Part shown: piece after piece, positions 14,320 through 25,990 of the stretch
Layout of the letters: the number at the start of each line of letters is the position of its first letter
Numbering within the stretch: the first letter of the stretch is position 1
NCBI GenBank assembly: GCA_951406725.2
Contig: OX597823.1
Coordinates: forward strand, 76,322,001 to 76,386,000
Origin: Octopus vulgaris
Lineage: Eukaryota
Direction: 5' to 3'
DNA length: 64,000 nt
The notes under the pieces: model-generated
The model's database searches: none
The model's input: only the letters and a program-made list of their open reading frames with translations
Told to the model about the DNA's origin: nothing
Program-made: the position numbers and the translations under genes

Positions 14320-14321
<2 letters not shown>
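13230..14321 (-). mobile_element. Non-coding element with ~260-bp direct terminal repeats (TRIM-like, or Penelope-type partial tandem)
   Basis: Direct repeats at 13230-13492 and 14061-14321, TG...CA-like ends, TGGCGG immediately inside on the minus strand, internal ~120-bp tandem duplication, TA tracts on both flanks. Confidence 0.7.
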
Positions 14322-14387
<66 letters not shown>

Positions 14388-14390
<3 letters not shown>

Positions 14391-14791
14391 CGTCTGTCTT
14401 GATAGAGAATGGGTTGCGCCAAGGGTGGGGCCTACTTTGATGATGTGCAGCGTCTGCTGTGACTGAACAGTCCAATTCTAGAGTGGCAGTCCTTGGTACA
14501 GTTGCTGCACACGAACATCGATGGGTACGTGTGGGGTGTTGCTGCAGTTGTCCTCCTCCTGTCCCGCCTGTCCAACCACAGCTGTGCTCTCCTCTCCTCA
14601 GCCATGGAAACGCCTTTCCTCACCGTCCGACGCCAGGCAGAGCGGTCAGCAGCTGTTTCCTCCCACGTGTCCACACAGATGTTGGCAGTTCTCAGGTCGC
14701 GCTTGCACACGTCCCTGTATCGTAGCTGTGGACGTCCCTTGGGTCGGGATCCCGTGATGAGTTCGCTGTACAGGATGTCTTTAGGCATGCG

Positions 14792-14795
<4 letters not shown>
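14388..14795 (-). mobile_element. RTE/BovB-like LINE 3' fragment
   Basis: ORF 14432-14788 has PKDILYSEL..G.R..GRPQLRY.DVCKRDL and a terminal C-x2-C...SRIGLFSHSRRC zinc finger. Short 3'UTR, with (TA)n on both sides. Confidence 0.9.
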
Positions 14796-14842
<47 letters not shown>

Positions 14843-14846
<4 letters not shown>

Positions 14847-15770
14847 AAAGAAATACGAGGAAAAAATACAGACTTGTTTTACGAGAGTAAAGAATATATT
14901 TAAATCGTCGTGGCAAAAGTCTTATACAATATTATACTAAATAAGATTTCTTCCCTCTAATAAAATGACCGGTTTGCTGAAACTTTTCAAATTTTGAGTG
15001 TTAGATGCAATTCTAAATGAGAAATTTTATTTGTTGGGTGAGAATAATTGGTAACCAAGGTATTTTTCAGTAAATGGGGAGATGAATCTCTAATTTTCAA
15101 TATGCATTTATATTCAGTTTTGGGTTATATTTTTCGATAAATGAGGCCTCGTTATTTAATCACACTTGTGTTGAGGTCCAAATAGCACATTGACATAATG
15201 GGAAGATTAGGAATTGTGTTTGCAGGTGTTCTGCACATGTGTCAATGTGTTGGCTGAGATGTATCTGGTGATATTGTGACTAAGAGATCTATTGTCTTTG
15301 AAGTGTACATCTACATCTGAGGGACATTCCTGTGGAACCTATAAAGTTTTTATGACAGCCCGAGCATCTGATGACATAAATGAAGTTTTCAGAGGTGCAA
15401 GTAAGTGAAATTGGATTTAATTTTGAATTTTTTTACATTGTTTAAAATGGAATTCTTATCCTTCCAAAAAATTGGGAATGTTCCGCATCTGGGTCGACTA
15501 CATTTATTTTTGCTCTTGCGTCTGTTATTCGTGAGAATAATTTAGCATTTGTGAGGATCTTCTGTAATGTCTTAAATTGTTTACTGTTTAATGATTTTAT
15601 AGGTACGTACAATTTCCCTCAGTTTGGGGTCCTTATGGAGTATTGAGAGATTTTGGACAATGATGTTAAATGTTTCTTTGTTTCTAGGGTTGTGTATGGA
15701 GATATGAGGTAATGTTTTCAGAGTAGGTGTGTTATTGTGTTCGACTTTTCTTAATGTTTTATGCCACATC
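14843..15770 (-). pseudogene. Penelope-like element fossil (linker, GIY-YIG endonuclease and 3' repeat region)
   Basis: Disrupted translation LPHISIHNPRN..ILHKDPKL, QKILTNAK, KCSRPRCGT, IKSNFT, QYHQIHLSQHIDTCA, FLIFP and PKLN follows the PLE C-terminal pattern. Confidence 0.8.
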
Positions 15771-16783
15771 AGGTACGAAAGCGGCCGGTATATTTATCAA
15801 GATTTTGGAATGCAAAAAATATGCCTGTGAATATTTGACGAGACCCTCTCTAAAAACGGAATATCACAGCGCCATCAGAATTTGAACGTCGTCATCAACT
15901 CGTCATTACGTGGAATCATACTTGTTTCACGTGGTACAATTTTTATTGGACGACACGCATGTGGAAATAATGTTGCAAACGTGGTTACGTTTTTTAAAAA
16001 TTTTCATGACTTTTTAAAGTGTTATGTAAGGAACAATAAAACAATTTAGGCATAACCAATATGTTAACACCTTGCTTGTACACGAATCAATCACTTGCTA
16101 ATAATAGACAATGAAACGGTGCTTGAGGGATTTTTTTTATTCATCACACGTTGTTGTTTTTGCCGCTTAATTTTAGTTCAACACTAAATCCTGCTTTACT
16201 GCTCATATTTTGGTTCCCTTGAAGAAGTCTCTTATTTTCTTTACTTTTTAATTAATTTATTCATTTGTGTGTGCGCGCGTAAACAGTTTCTTGCTTTCAC
16301 AGCAGTCATTTTTTCTTTTATAAATGTTGCTATTAAACGTTGTTAAATTTAATTACATTTGCTGCAGATTTTCTACTTCATCCGAAATCGGAGTTAATAA
16401 TATAATCACTATTAGGATACGGGGGAAAAAAGCTTTGCCAGTCTCTAGCTTTCAAAGTTTTTGGGGAATGGTTGCCACCTTTCACCGAATCACGTTTTAT
16501 AAATGCCCCTACCCATATTTGGCAAAAACAAAACGAACAAAAGCAGAAGATTATTTTAAAGAGAAGCGATTTTTGCTCAGTGGTTTTACTATTTATATTT
16601 TCTGATAGTATCTCATCTAACATGCGCCCCATCTAACAAATCCTTCACATCTATGCTAATTTTTCATGAAATTTATTTTAGAAGGCAAGGTCTTATATAA
16701 TGAACTTTTGTCAAACCTTAACGCATCATCAGTCGTGTTTCCTGCTCACTAATAACAAAATTTCCGATTTCTGTTCTAATGCT

Positions 16784-16827
16784 ACATATACTGAAATTTT
16801 GAGCGATACAAAAAAGATTAGCATGGC
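16784..16827 (+). pseudogene. U6: U6 snRNA fragment (pseudogene)
   Basis: acatatactgaaattttgagcgatacaaaaaagattagcatggc aligns to U6 ACATATACTAAAATTGGAACGATACAGAGAAGATTAGCATGGC. The ACAGAGA box is mutated. Confidence 0.75.
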
Positions 16828-17671
16828 ATTACTTGTTAAATATTCTGGTTAAACATTGCATTTCTAGGAAAAATCACGAACTCTAAGCCCTCAGCACTCT
16901 CCATTAGGATCCTATTACATTTGCACCCCTTCTCCGTGCCACATACTTGTGAGTTCATAATGCCTCTAATTCACACTATTGCTCAGGTTAAGAACTTCAC
17001 GTCTAGCGCTTTAAGAGCAAAATAATAAACAGAAGCTTGTATTGTTATATCTTCTTTAAATTTTTTCATACTATCCTTTCACGTCAATGAGGCATTCGCT
17101 TCTAAGCTCTTCGACACATAACTGAATTAAATCATATCAGCCGTTCCTAGAAATTACAATCTGCAATTGATTAGAAAAAATCGCTCTCGTTTTATTTTTA
17201 CTAACTTTTCTAGTTCAAATCCTTCAAAATTTTCAATAAATTGGTGGCAGAATTATTTCTTTACTTCGCCATACGTTGCCCATATTTTTCATTGTAACTT
17301 CGTTCTAGCTTCTTTTTATTATATTCATTCCACTTAGAACATTAATTAAATTTCAAAATTCGCTTAATGTTTGCTCTCCCTCTTATCAATAGCATTTATT
17401 AACTGATCAAAAGTGTGCTGAACGCTTAAATGTTGTCTTCATTCTTAATTCATAATTTGTTAATCTGATTCATTCGAGTAGGGAGTATGAACATTAATCG
17501 AAAATATAGGTGGTGACGTTGTAGAGATTGTTGATGACATGTGCATTATCTACGATTGTAGCACATTCAGTGGAATGCATTTGTTTTCAAAATACTTGAA
17601 TATATATGTTTTTAATTCGGTTACAACGTGACCACAAGGTAATCAAAAAGCAATCGTCAACCCAAGTTTTT

Positions 17672-18026
17672 TCTTTATTTTATTTGGATGGAAGCACTCC
17701 GTCGGTTACGACGACGAGGGTTCCAGTTGATCCGATCAACGGAACAGCCTGCTCGTGAAATTAACGTGTAAGTGGCTGAGCACTCCACAGACACGTAGTT
17801 CTCGGAGATATTCAGCGTGACACAGAGAGTGACAAGGCCGGCCCTTTGAAATACAGGTACAACAAAAACAGGAAGTAAGAGTGAGAGAAAGAGTACAGCA
17901 GGGATCACCACCATCCCTGCCGGAGCCTCGCTCAATAAACACTCACAACGCCCGGTCTGGGAATCGAAACCGCGATCCTACGACCACGAGTCTACTGCCC
18001 TAACCACTGGGCCATTGCGCCTCCAC
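17672..18026 (-). mobile_element. SINE family C, tail type 2
   Basis: Same head and core as the 1193 copy, with an unrelated 3' half ending gatcggatcaactggaaccctcgtcgtcgtaaccgacggagtg. Confidence 0.85.
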
Positions 18027-18079
18027 ATAATGTATTTATATATATATATGTGTATATATGTATATGTATATAATGTATT

Positions 18080-18128
<49 letters not shown>

Positions 18129-18131
<3 letters not shown>

Positions 18132-18417
18132 AAATAGAAAGATGAATAATCTTGTAGCAGATTAATCAAAAGTTTAACCGATACCTTGGTAGCAAAAATC
18201 ACAGCAGAAGACAGCACGGTTGGAGGTACAACCATATGGTGTTGCAACCGTGCGTTGGTGCGGATCAACGGATTTCCTATTTCTTCCTGAAGAGAAAGAC
18301 ACAATATGGTCTCATTATTCAATCGGATTTTGGTAAATTGTGCCTTTCGAAACACGTGTAGAATGAAATAAAACGATTTCTGTTCAATCTTCGTTCAGCT
18401 CCATTTCTTCAATTCAC

Positions 18418-18422
<5 letters not shown>
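18129..18422 (+). mobile_element. ~295-bp hammerhead-bearing unit between (TA)n tracts (solo Penelope pLTR or retrozyme-like)
   Basis: Bounded by (TA)n on both sides. Contains a hairpin at 18214-18253 and the hammerhead below. Confidence 0.7.
18278..18370 (+). ncRNA. Type I hammerhead ribozyme, intact core
   Basis: Stem I tatttcttc/gaa(t)gaaata; CTGAAGA at 18287-93; stem II gaaagacacaat/attgtgcctttc; GAAA at 18349-52; palindromic stem III acacgtgt; GUA cleavage triplet ending at 18360. Confidence 0.8.
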
Positions 18423-18457
<35 letters not shown>

Positions 18458-18559
18458 TACCAGAAAACGTCAGGACGTTACCTTTCATATGACTAGAAAT
18501 CTAGCTAGTATAGGGAATTGAAATTCCGACAATGCCAAAACTTCAAAAAAGAACATTTA

Positions 18560-18800
18560 GTGATATTTATATGTGTGAGCGTTTGTGCGTCTGTGTTTGC
18601 CTCACCCCCACCCCCACCCATCATTGCTTGACAACCGATGGTGGCTGTCTACATCCGAGTGACATAGCGGTTCAGCAAAAAAAGACCGATAGAATAAATA
18701 CTAGGTTTACAAAGAATAGGTCCTGGGGTCGATTTGTCCAACTAAAGGCAGTGCTCCAGCAAGGCCGCAATGAAATGACTGAAAAAAATAAGAGAATAAA
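18560..18800 (+). mobile_element. SINE family B, 3' half
   Basis: Matches the family B tail. Confidence 0.8.
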
Positions 18801-19214
18801 TTGACTGCTTCAGTTCCTGCACTCACAGCTACTATTGGCACTTATACACTATGCCAGCAAACACACTGTTTCGTTATATATATAAATATATATATATGAA
18901 AAATCTGACATTAATTACAGTAGACGTTTCTTTATAATCACCTTCTTATCTTTAAGCATCTGCAGGATAATATAAGATCTATCACAAATAATAGTTTGTT
19001 TAATAAAGATGATTAATCAGTGCGTTTAATGAACTGCGTTGATAATAAGAGACCTAAGGTTGATCAGCTTTATATTACGTATCTTTACCTATGTACGATG
19101 CAAGAACTGTGCACTTTTAATTTCATTCTAATATTTTACTTTATCAATTAAAATCGAAAGAAAATACTGAAGTTAAACTTATAACGGCTTTTCCAGGTAT
19201 TTTTTTTTATCTGA

Positions 19215-19464
19215 CTCTTTTGCTTGTTTCAGTAATTTCAGTAATGCTGGAGCTGCGCCTTTAGTCGACCAAATCGACCCCAGGACTTATTCTTTGTAAG
19301 ACTAGTGCTTATTCTATCGGTCTCTTTTACCGAACCGCTAAGTTACGGGAACATAAACACACCAGCATCGGTTGTCAAGCGATGTTGGAGGGACAAACAC
19401 AGACACACAAAAACATATACACACATACATACATACATGCATATATTTATATATATACATATAT

Positions 19465-19551
<87 letters not shown>

Positions 19552-19690
19552 TACCAAATCCACTCACATTGCTTTGGTCGGCCCGAGGCTATAGTAGAAG
19601 ATACTTGCACAAGGTGCCAGGCAGTGGGACTGAACCCAGAACCATGTGGTTAGTAAGCAAGCTACTTACCAGACAGCCACTCCTACGCCT
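19215..19690 (-). mobile_element. SINE family B with expanded (TA)n
   Basis: Matches family B. Confidence 0.85.
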
Positions 19691-20307
19691 ATAAAAAATT
19701 TAGTAAGACACTGGGTGGGATTGAATCCTGTCCAAGATGTTCAATGTGGTTGTCTAATTATGTCTCTACCCACGAGACCACCAATCACTGTACTTGTTTC
19801 TGAATTTATTGCCTTTCATTTCTATATACTATCAATTGCATTCACCGTCGTAATACGTATCCTTTCGTTTTGTTCCACTGTAAGCGTGGATTCAACAGTT
19901 TTAAGATGATGAAGTAGTAGAAAGTTTGTAAACACACTATTTTAGGTTTACAAAATAATTCAATGTCTGAATGGATCGACGAATACTCGTTTGCATATTA
20001 TCGATGCGCATTACGCGTAATTCAAATTTTGATGTAATAACCATAAACATATAGCCATTATTTTTCTGCAATTAACTTTTAAATTTGTAGTATTATTGCA
20101 TTTGAAAATCAGCATTAAAATGGAGTGGCTGATTGTTAAACCAAAGCATTATATGCGCTACGAAATTATAACCTAGGGTATCAACGAGATACCACCATGG
20201 TGAAAATAGCAGCTAGGATCTGAATCTAAAACCACCTTAAGTGTTCATATAGCTCAAGGAGAGAAGACAAAAAGACAAAATAAAACTAGTAAAAAATTAC
20301 TGGATAA

Positions 20308-20364
20308 TTCCAGATCTCGGATTTCTGACTTTGCATTTAGAAATGCTTTGCCTCATCAGTGGAA
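20308..20364 (-). ncRNA. Type I hammerhead-like fold
   Basis: Minus strand reads ttcca-CTGATGA-ggc..gcattt/aaatgc..gtc-a-GAAA-tc cga ga-TC-tggaa, with one extra A before GAAA. Confidence 0.6.
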
Positions 20365-20407
20365 TATACGCAGAAAGTAACATAAATACATATATATATA
20401 TATATAT

Positions 20408-20636
20408 ATTTCTTTATTGCCCACAAGGGGCTAAACACAGACGGGACAAACAAGGACAGACAAACGGATTAAGTCGATTATATCGACCCCAGTGTGTAAC
20501 TGGTACTTAATTTATCGACCCCGAAAGGATGAAAGGCAAAGTCGACCTCAGCGGAATTTGAACTCAGAACGTAACAGCAGGCGAAATACGGCTACGCATT
20601 TCGCCCGGCGTGCTAACGATTCTGCCAGCTCGCCGA
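20408..20636 (-). mobile_element. SINE family A, tail 1
   Basis: Near-consensus full-length copy. Confidence 0.88.
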
Positions 20637-20919
20637 TATAAATACAACATACGAATGTTTACACATACGAAAGTATGCATACATATATATGCACGTATGC
20701 ATCGTTATTAAATTAACGACCTTATCCTTATTTATTTAAATTAAAATTTATTTCGTCATTGTATTTACTGTGGTGATGTTTTAACCATATCGCACATGGA
20801 ATTAAGAAGCGGGCATTTTAAACTGGTCATGATGCATTCACCATCTGCTTCAATTACTGCTTCCCATCTGCTTGGCAGACGGTCAGACAGTCATATAAAG
20901 ATGTTTTTGTTAAATACTG

Positions 20920-21009
20920 TTATATATATATATCCACATACATACGCACACACGTACATATATATATATATCCACATATGTATATATATATATATATATC
21001 CACATACAC

Positions 21010-21045
<36 letters not shown>

Positions 21046-21049
21046 CCAC

Positions 21050-21123
<74 letters not shown>

Positions 21124-21170
21124 ACATATATATACATATTTATATATATATATTCGTGTGTGTGTGTGTC
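20920..21170. repeat. Compound (TA)n/(CA)n microsatellite with repeated tccacata interruptions
   Basis: Direct inspection. Confidence 0.9.
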
Positions 21171-21224
21171 TGTTTATCAGTTCAAATTGTTTGATTCCTT
21201 TATCGCTGATTTCTTCCGAACATT

Positions 21225-21269
21225 AAGTTCCGAAGAATTCATCGATGAATGAAGCAATTTTGTAAACTT
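21225..21269 (+). ncRNA. Degenerate hammerhead fold
   Basis: aagtt-cCGAAGA-attcat cg atgaat-GAAg-caa tt ttg-TA-aactt. All three stems pair, but there are two core substitutions. Confidence 0.45.
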
Positions 21270-21721
21270 TTGTGTGTGTAGTGTGTGTGTGTACATGCAT
21301 ATGTGTGTGTGTGTGTGTCTGTGCGCATGTACTCTTGTTTGTGGAAATCCATGCACACACACACGCACAGGGACACAAAGGTATACGTGTGTGCAATAAG
21401 CAAGGTATATTTAGAGAAAGATCAAAATAAAAATTCCTGGAGCACTGATCTTTTTTTTATTGCTATAGATTTTATGAACCATAAATATACTCCACTGTAA
21501 TCTATGACAGTTAAATTCCCACCATCATACCCGCCGTTTCTATGTATATGGTGGTGGTGGTGGTGGTCGTCGTCGTCGTGGTGGGGAGAAATAAGTTTTT
21601 GGTGGTGAGTGGGGTGTATTTCTCGCCAATGGAAAAAATCTTGTTTCTAACAATGGAAGAAAGCTTCTTCATTTTAGAGTACCCCAAGAGAATAGTTATA
21701 TTTGTATCTATATACGTATAT

Positions 21722-21885
21722 AGTGGAGACGCGTGGCTTAGTGGTTAGGGTGTTGGACTCTTGATCGTAAGATTGTCGTATCAATTCCTGGATCGGGCGA
21801 CGCATTGTGTTCTTGAGCAAAACAATTCATTGCAAGTTACTCCAGTCCACTCATCTGGCAAAAAGGAGTAATCCTGCGACTGACC
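21722..21885 (+). mobile_element. SINE family D (tRNA head plus gtgttcttgagcaa core), partial
   Basis: A-box tggcttagtgg. Homologous to 30845-31420 and 46710-47200. Confidence 0.7.
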
Positions 21886-22094
21886 GTCAGCGAAATTTGT
21901 TTTCCTACGTGAGTTCCGGACCCTAGTTATGAATTCATCTGCATACAGCCAATCAGAGCTCAGCTATGAAACTAATTTATGAACGCATTACAAGTGAAAG
22001 GCGATAAGATAAAGTCACTTGGGTAAGGAATGACCATGCTGCTTTTCCCTTTTGAGAATGCTTGCTGTTCTTGTTCTTGTTCTTGTTTCAACCA

Positions 22095-22262
22095 TGGCTG
22101 CCTCTGTCTTTACGTTCTGAGTTCAAATTCCACCGAGGTCGACTCTGCCTTTCATCTTTTCGGGGTCAATAAATTAAGTAACAATTGCGTACTAAGGTCG
22201 ATCTAATCAACTTCCCCCTCCCTTCCCCCAAAATTTTGGGCCTTGTCCCTAGAGTAGAAAAG
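22095..22262 (+). mobile_element. SINE family A, partial, tail 2
   Basis: Core and tail match 7091-7260. Confidence 0.8.
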
Positions 22263-22513
22263 GGTACCATCTGGATTAGTTGCTGCATCCAGCTACACTG
22301 GTTCCTGGAACAGGTCCGTGAGATGAGCGTTCAACTGAATACTCCTCATAAAGACTGATGAAGATCCCTTTATGTTTCTTTTTATTTTGAGCGCGCGCAT
22401 GTGTGTGTATAACCAGCTTTATTCGTAGTCAATAAACAAATGTAATATTTTGTATTCATAACATAGTTATCTGCGTTAAGTCAGCATTTTATTCTAGAAT
22501 TTATCCTTAAATA

Positions 22514-22818
22514 CAGCAATCTCTCGCCATGTCGCAATTCACCTATCACGATTCACCGATCGCGGTTCACCGATCGCGGTTCACCGATCGCGGTTCACCT
22601 ATCGCGGTTCACCTATCGCACTTCACCTATCGCAGATTATTATTTAAGCTTACGTCAATTCCTCCGTGGTGTCGCTTTGCATTTATTATAAAATAAATAA
22701 ATACAAATTATAAAAATAATTTTTAAGATATTCAATACAGTACTGTTTCTACTTCGCGGATATTCATCTATTGCAGGGTTTTTAGAACGTAACACACGCG
22801 GAAGTTGAGAGATTGCTG
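22514..22818. mobile_element. pogo/Tigger-type MITE
   Basis: TIRs cagcaatctctc/gagagattgctg, TA duplication, internal 14-bp tandem repeat (atcgcggttcacc[t/g]). Confidence 0.8.
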
Positions 22819-23316
22819 TAAATCTGTTGATACACGTATGTATATTTAACTCCGTGCGTAAAAATGAACAATTGCAGTTATTTATTTTATAGTTATTTCA
22901 TTTGTTTGCCGTACAATCGATATTATTCTTGGGCAAACAAAGTGTTTTGAAAATGATGTAATATCTATTGTTACAAATCATCGTAACTACTAACATTTTT
23001 ATGGGTTTGGTTTGGAAAAGGGGGTACTCTAATAGCTTTCACAGACACCATGTGAGGAGAGAAGCCAGACTGATGTGGTATTTGTTCAATATCTTTAGCG
23101 TCTGAGTTCAAATCTTACTGAGGCCAAATTTGCTTTCATCTGCGCTGTGTTGTTAGAATTTGTCTTCCCTCATATTTTTCGTCCACATTTGACCAAGGTC
23201 TGCGCTGACTTTTATCTTTCAGTGTTGATAACACAAATAGTTGTCAAACATTTTGGGAGACCTTAAAATGTTTAACCTAGCTTAATAATGGTTATTGTTG
23301 GTGCTGCTGTTGCTGT

Positions 23317-23677
23317 TGAGCGAAGTGGTCTTAGTCCCAGAGTGGGAGAAGTCCGAAGCGTGGTCCTTTGCTATTCGTAACACCCACAGAAGAGAAAGCA
23401 GGTCAACCCCCGACACCGAGAGCATTGACGGATGGATGAATGCGCATCCAGGCTCAGCGGTTGTGTAGGAAGTCGGGGACAAGACACAGGAAGAAAGAGT
23501 GAGAGAAAGTTTGAGTGAAACAGTACAACAGGGGCCGCCACTACCTCCTGCCGGAGCCTCGTGGGGCTTTAGGTGTTTTCGCTCAATAAACACACACAAC
23601 GCCCGGTCTGAGAATCGAAACCGCGATCCCCCGACCGCGAGTCCGCTGCCCTAGCCACTGGGCCATTGCGCCTCCAC
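23317..23677 (-). mobile_element. SINE family C, tail type 1
   Basis: Matches 1193-1592. Confidence 0.85.
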
Positions 23678-23689
23678 TGTTATTGCTGC

Positions 23690-23865
23690 TGAGTAGCTTT
23701 TCGTCCGTCTAAACGTTTCGAGTTCAAATGTTGCCGAGGTGAACTTTACTTTTTATCCTTTCGGGTTCGATGAAATAAATACCAGTCAAGCACTGGGGTC
23801 GATGCAATCGACTAGACACTTCTCCAAAATTTCAAGCCGTGTACCTATTCTACAGTAGAAAAGAT
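23690..23865 (+). mobile_element. SINE family A, partial
   Basis: Core match. Confidence 0.75.
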
Positions 23866-23889
23866 TATTGTTATTATAATTTATGGTTT

Positions 23890-25320
23890 CTTTTCATGAT
23901 AACTTTATTTCAGCTGCCTTAGTACCGGGCAACCGTCGGAGGCCAAAAGTAGCAAGGGCACTTTTATTTTGCTATGCATGCTAAAATTATCACCACATAT
24001 ATTCCATTTTAGATAGAGAGTGCTTTCAGTAGTATATGGGCTGTAGCCATCAAGGTTATCTTTTGTACTTCACAGAGATTGGAGTTACCAGGGAGTTGCT
24101 TAATATACTTCTCAGTTCCTTTTTTTATCGTTCCCAACGCAGCAATCACTCCTGGCATTATCGTAATACTAAGCTTCCACATTTTTTCTGATTTCAATAA
24201 GCAGATCTTTATAGTGAGAAAGTTTTTCGTATTCTTTTCTTGAGACATTTCGATTTTATGGGAATGGCATATCTATTAACAGACAAGTTTTCTCTGTAGT
24301 CCTTGATCACAATGTCTGGTCAATTGGAGTCAATTTTTCTGTCTGTTTGTATTGGGGGGGTGGTTAAAAATGGCGAGGTCCTCACCCTTTACTACATCCT
24401 CTGGATGGTGCCTGTACTACTTATCATGGGATATAATTCTGTAGTATTTACAAGCATTCGAATGGATGTACTGCCCTAGTCTGTAATGTTTTATGAGGTA
24501 CTCTTTTTCAGCGCGGTATAATTTTCAGTTCCTTTTTCGATCATTCCAAATGCTCCTACAATCACTGGTATTGTAACCAACTAGAGATGCCGCATATTTT
24601 CGATTTCAGTCAGAAAATCTTTATATTTTTTGAGATTATCAAATTCTTTTTTCGAAGTATTATGATCACAATGAATATTCATGTAAATCGATAAACAGAT
24701 TTTATTGTTTTGATCTTTCGCATCAATATCTGGTTTATTAGCTTTGATGGTCTGGTCTGTATGCACTGGAAAGTCCCACATAATCATTATATTTTCTCCC
24801 TCAGTTACAGCCTCAGGATAGTGCTTGTACCATTTTCAGAAGTTATCATCATCATCATCAATGTTATTTACTTTCAATCTGCATGTTTATTGCAATCACT
24901 TGTCGAGACACACCCAGAACCCTAGGGCAAGTGAAGGCTAAGAAATGTTGCTGTATAACTGAAAGCTTGGAGAGGGAAAGTGGCGATGACAGTTGCGAAC
25001 TACTTCCATGTAATATAACAAAAACATTTAAATTTATAGCGTATTTCAAAGAATGTGAGCAATACTTCCCAGCACAACAATTTGGATTTCTGTGAGACAT
25101 GGTTCTCCTAGGATGATATTCTTTTTTTATCATACCTAGGACACCTACAATTTCAAGAGCAGTTGTTGCTTAAGATATCACATTCCAGGTCTGTATATTT
25201 ACTGAGTTTGTCAAATTCCTTTACAGATATATTTTATCAGTAGAGACACTTCCATCTGTTAGTCTACAATATTTTCTTTCCAGTCTTTAATAATTATATT
25301 TGGTCGATTATCCAGACATA
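23890..25320 (-). pseudogene. Three tandem 3' fragments of R4/Dong-type LINEs (REL endonuclease)
   Basis: WDFPVHTDQTIKANKPDI, KEFDNLKKYKD and ALGTIKKG..QKITLMATAHIL are homologous to ORF 38927-40513. Sequence 24866-24985 matches the 3'UTR at 38775-38895. Confidence 0.8.
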
Positions 25321-25459
25321 ATTATTAAAGCTATATTATTACTGTTGTTGTTGTAGCTGTTGTTGTTTTTATTCATCACTAAGGTAGTGGAATTCATTAA
25401 AACACATTTGGTGAAGGGACAGTGAATATCCTTAATGAACCATTTGTTCATAGAGAAAA

Positions 25460-25990
25460 CATAATTTGCCCTCTCCTCCATAGTAAACTAGTACCGATGA
25501 AGCAATTTGTCAAAGCTTCAGACAAAGATGGTTATTCAAGTACATTTGCCGATTGTTCTAGACTTGAGTATTGAAAAACTAAAAGAAAGAATATTTACTA
25601 ATTCTCATATTCGGAAAGCCATCGTATTCTAGTTTTCTGAAATATATGACTGATGAGGCTTCTGCTCAGTGTAGTTATCTCTCAGTCATTGAAAACTTCT
25701 TTGGATACAAGGAAGCAGACAATTATGAACAACTGGTGGTAATGATGTTCAATGTATTTTAAAATATGGTTACTAATATGAATGTAAAAGTACACTTCCT
25801 TGATAATCACTTGGACAAATTTCCAGAGAATCTTGGAGACATCAGTAAAGAACAAGGTGAAACATTCTACAAGGATATCAGAGTCACAGGACAAAGTATC
25901 GTGGCTGAGGCGACAGCTGAGATGGCACACATTGGATGGAACATATGGCATGAATATTCTACCAAAACACACTAAAGAAAATCTGACAAA
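25460..25990 (+). pseudogene. Chapaev3/CMC-like DNA transposase C-terminal fossil
   Basis: MKQFVKA.DKDG, LSIEKLK and NVKVHFLDNHLDKFPENLGDISKEQGETFYKDI resemble the KxHFL..HLD.FP.NLG..SDEQGERFHQDI motif. Multiple disruptions. Confidence 0.7.

Noticed and set aside
16230-17460. AT-rich stretch with a coding-like look on the minus strand
   Set aside because: The frames are broken and I recognise no domain.
22353-22365. CTGATGA motif suggesting another hammerhead
   Set aside because: No stem II or GAAA partner follows.
22540-22635. Regular 14-bp repeats resembling a CRISPR or iteron array
   Set aside because: No spacers; this is a tandem expansion inside a MITE in eukaryotic DNA.
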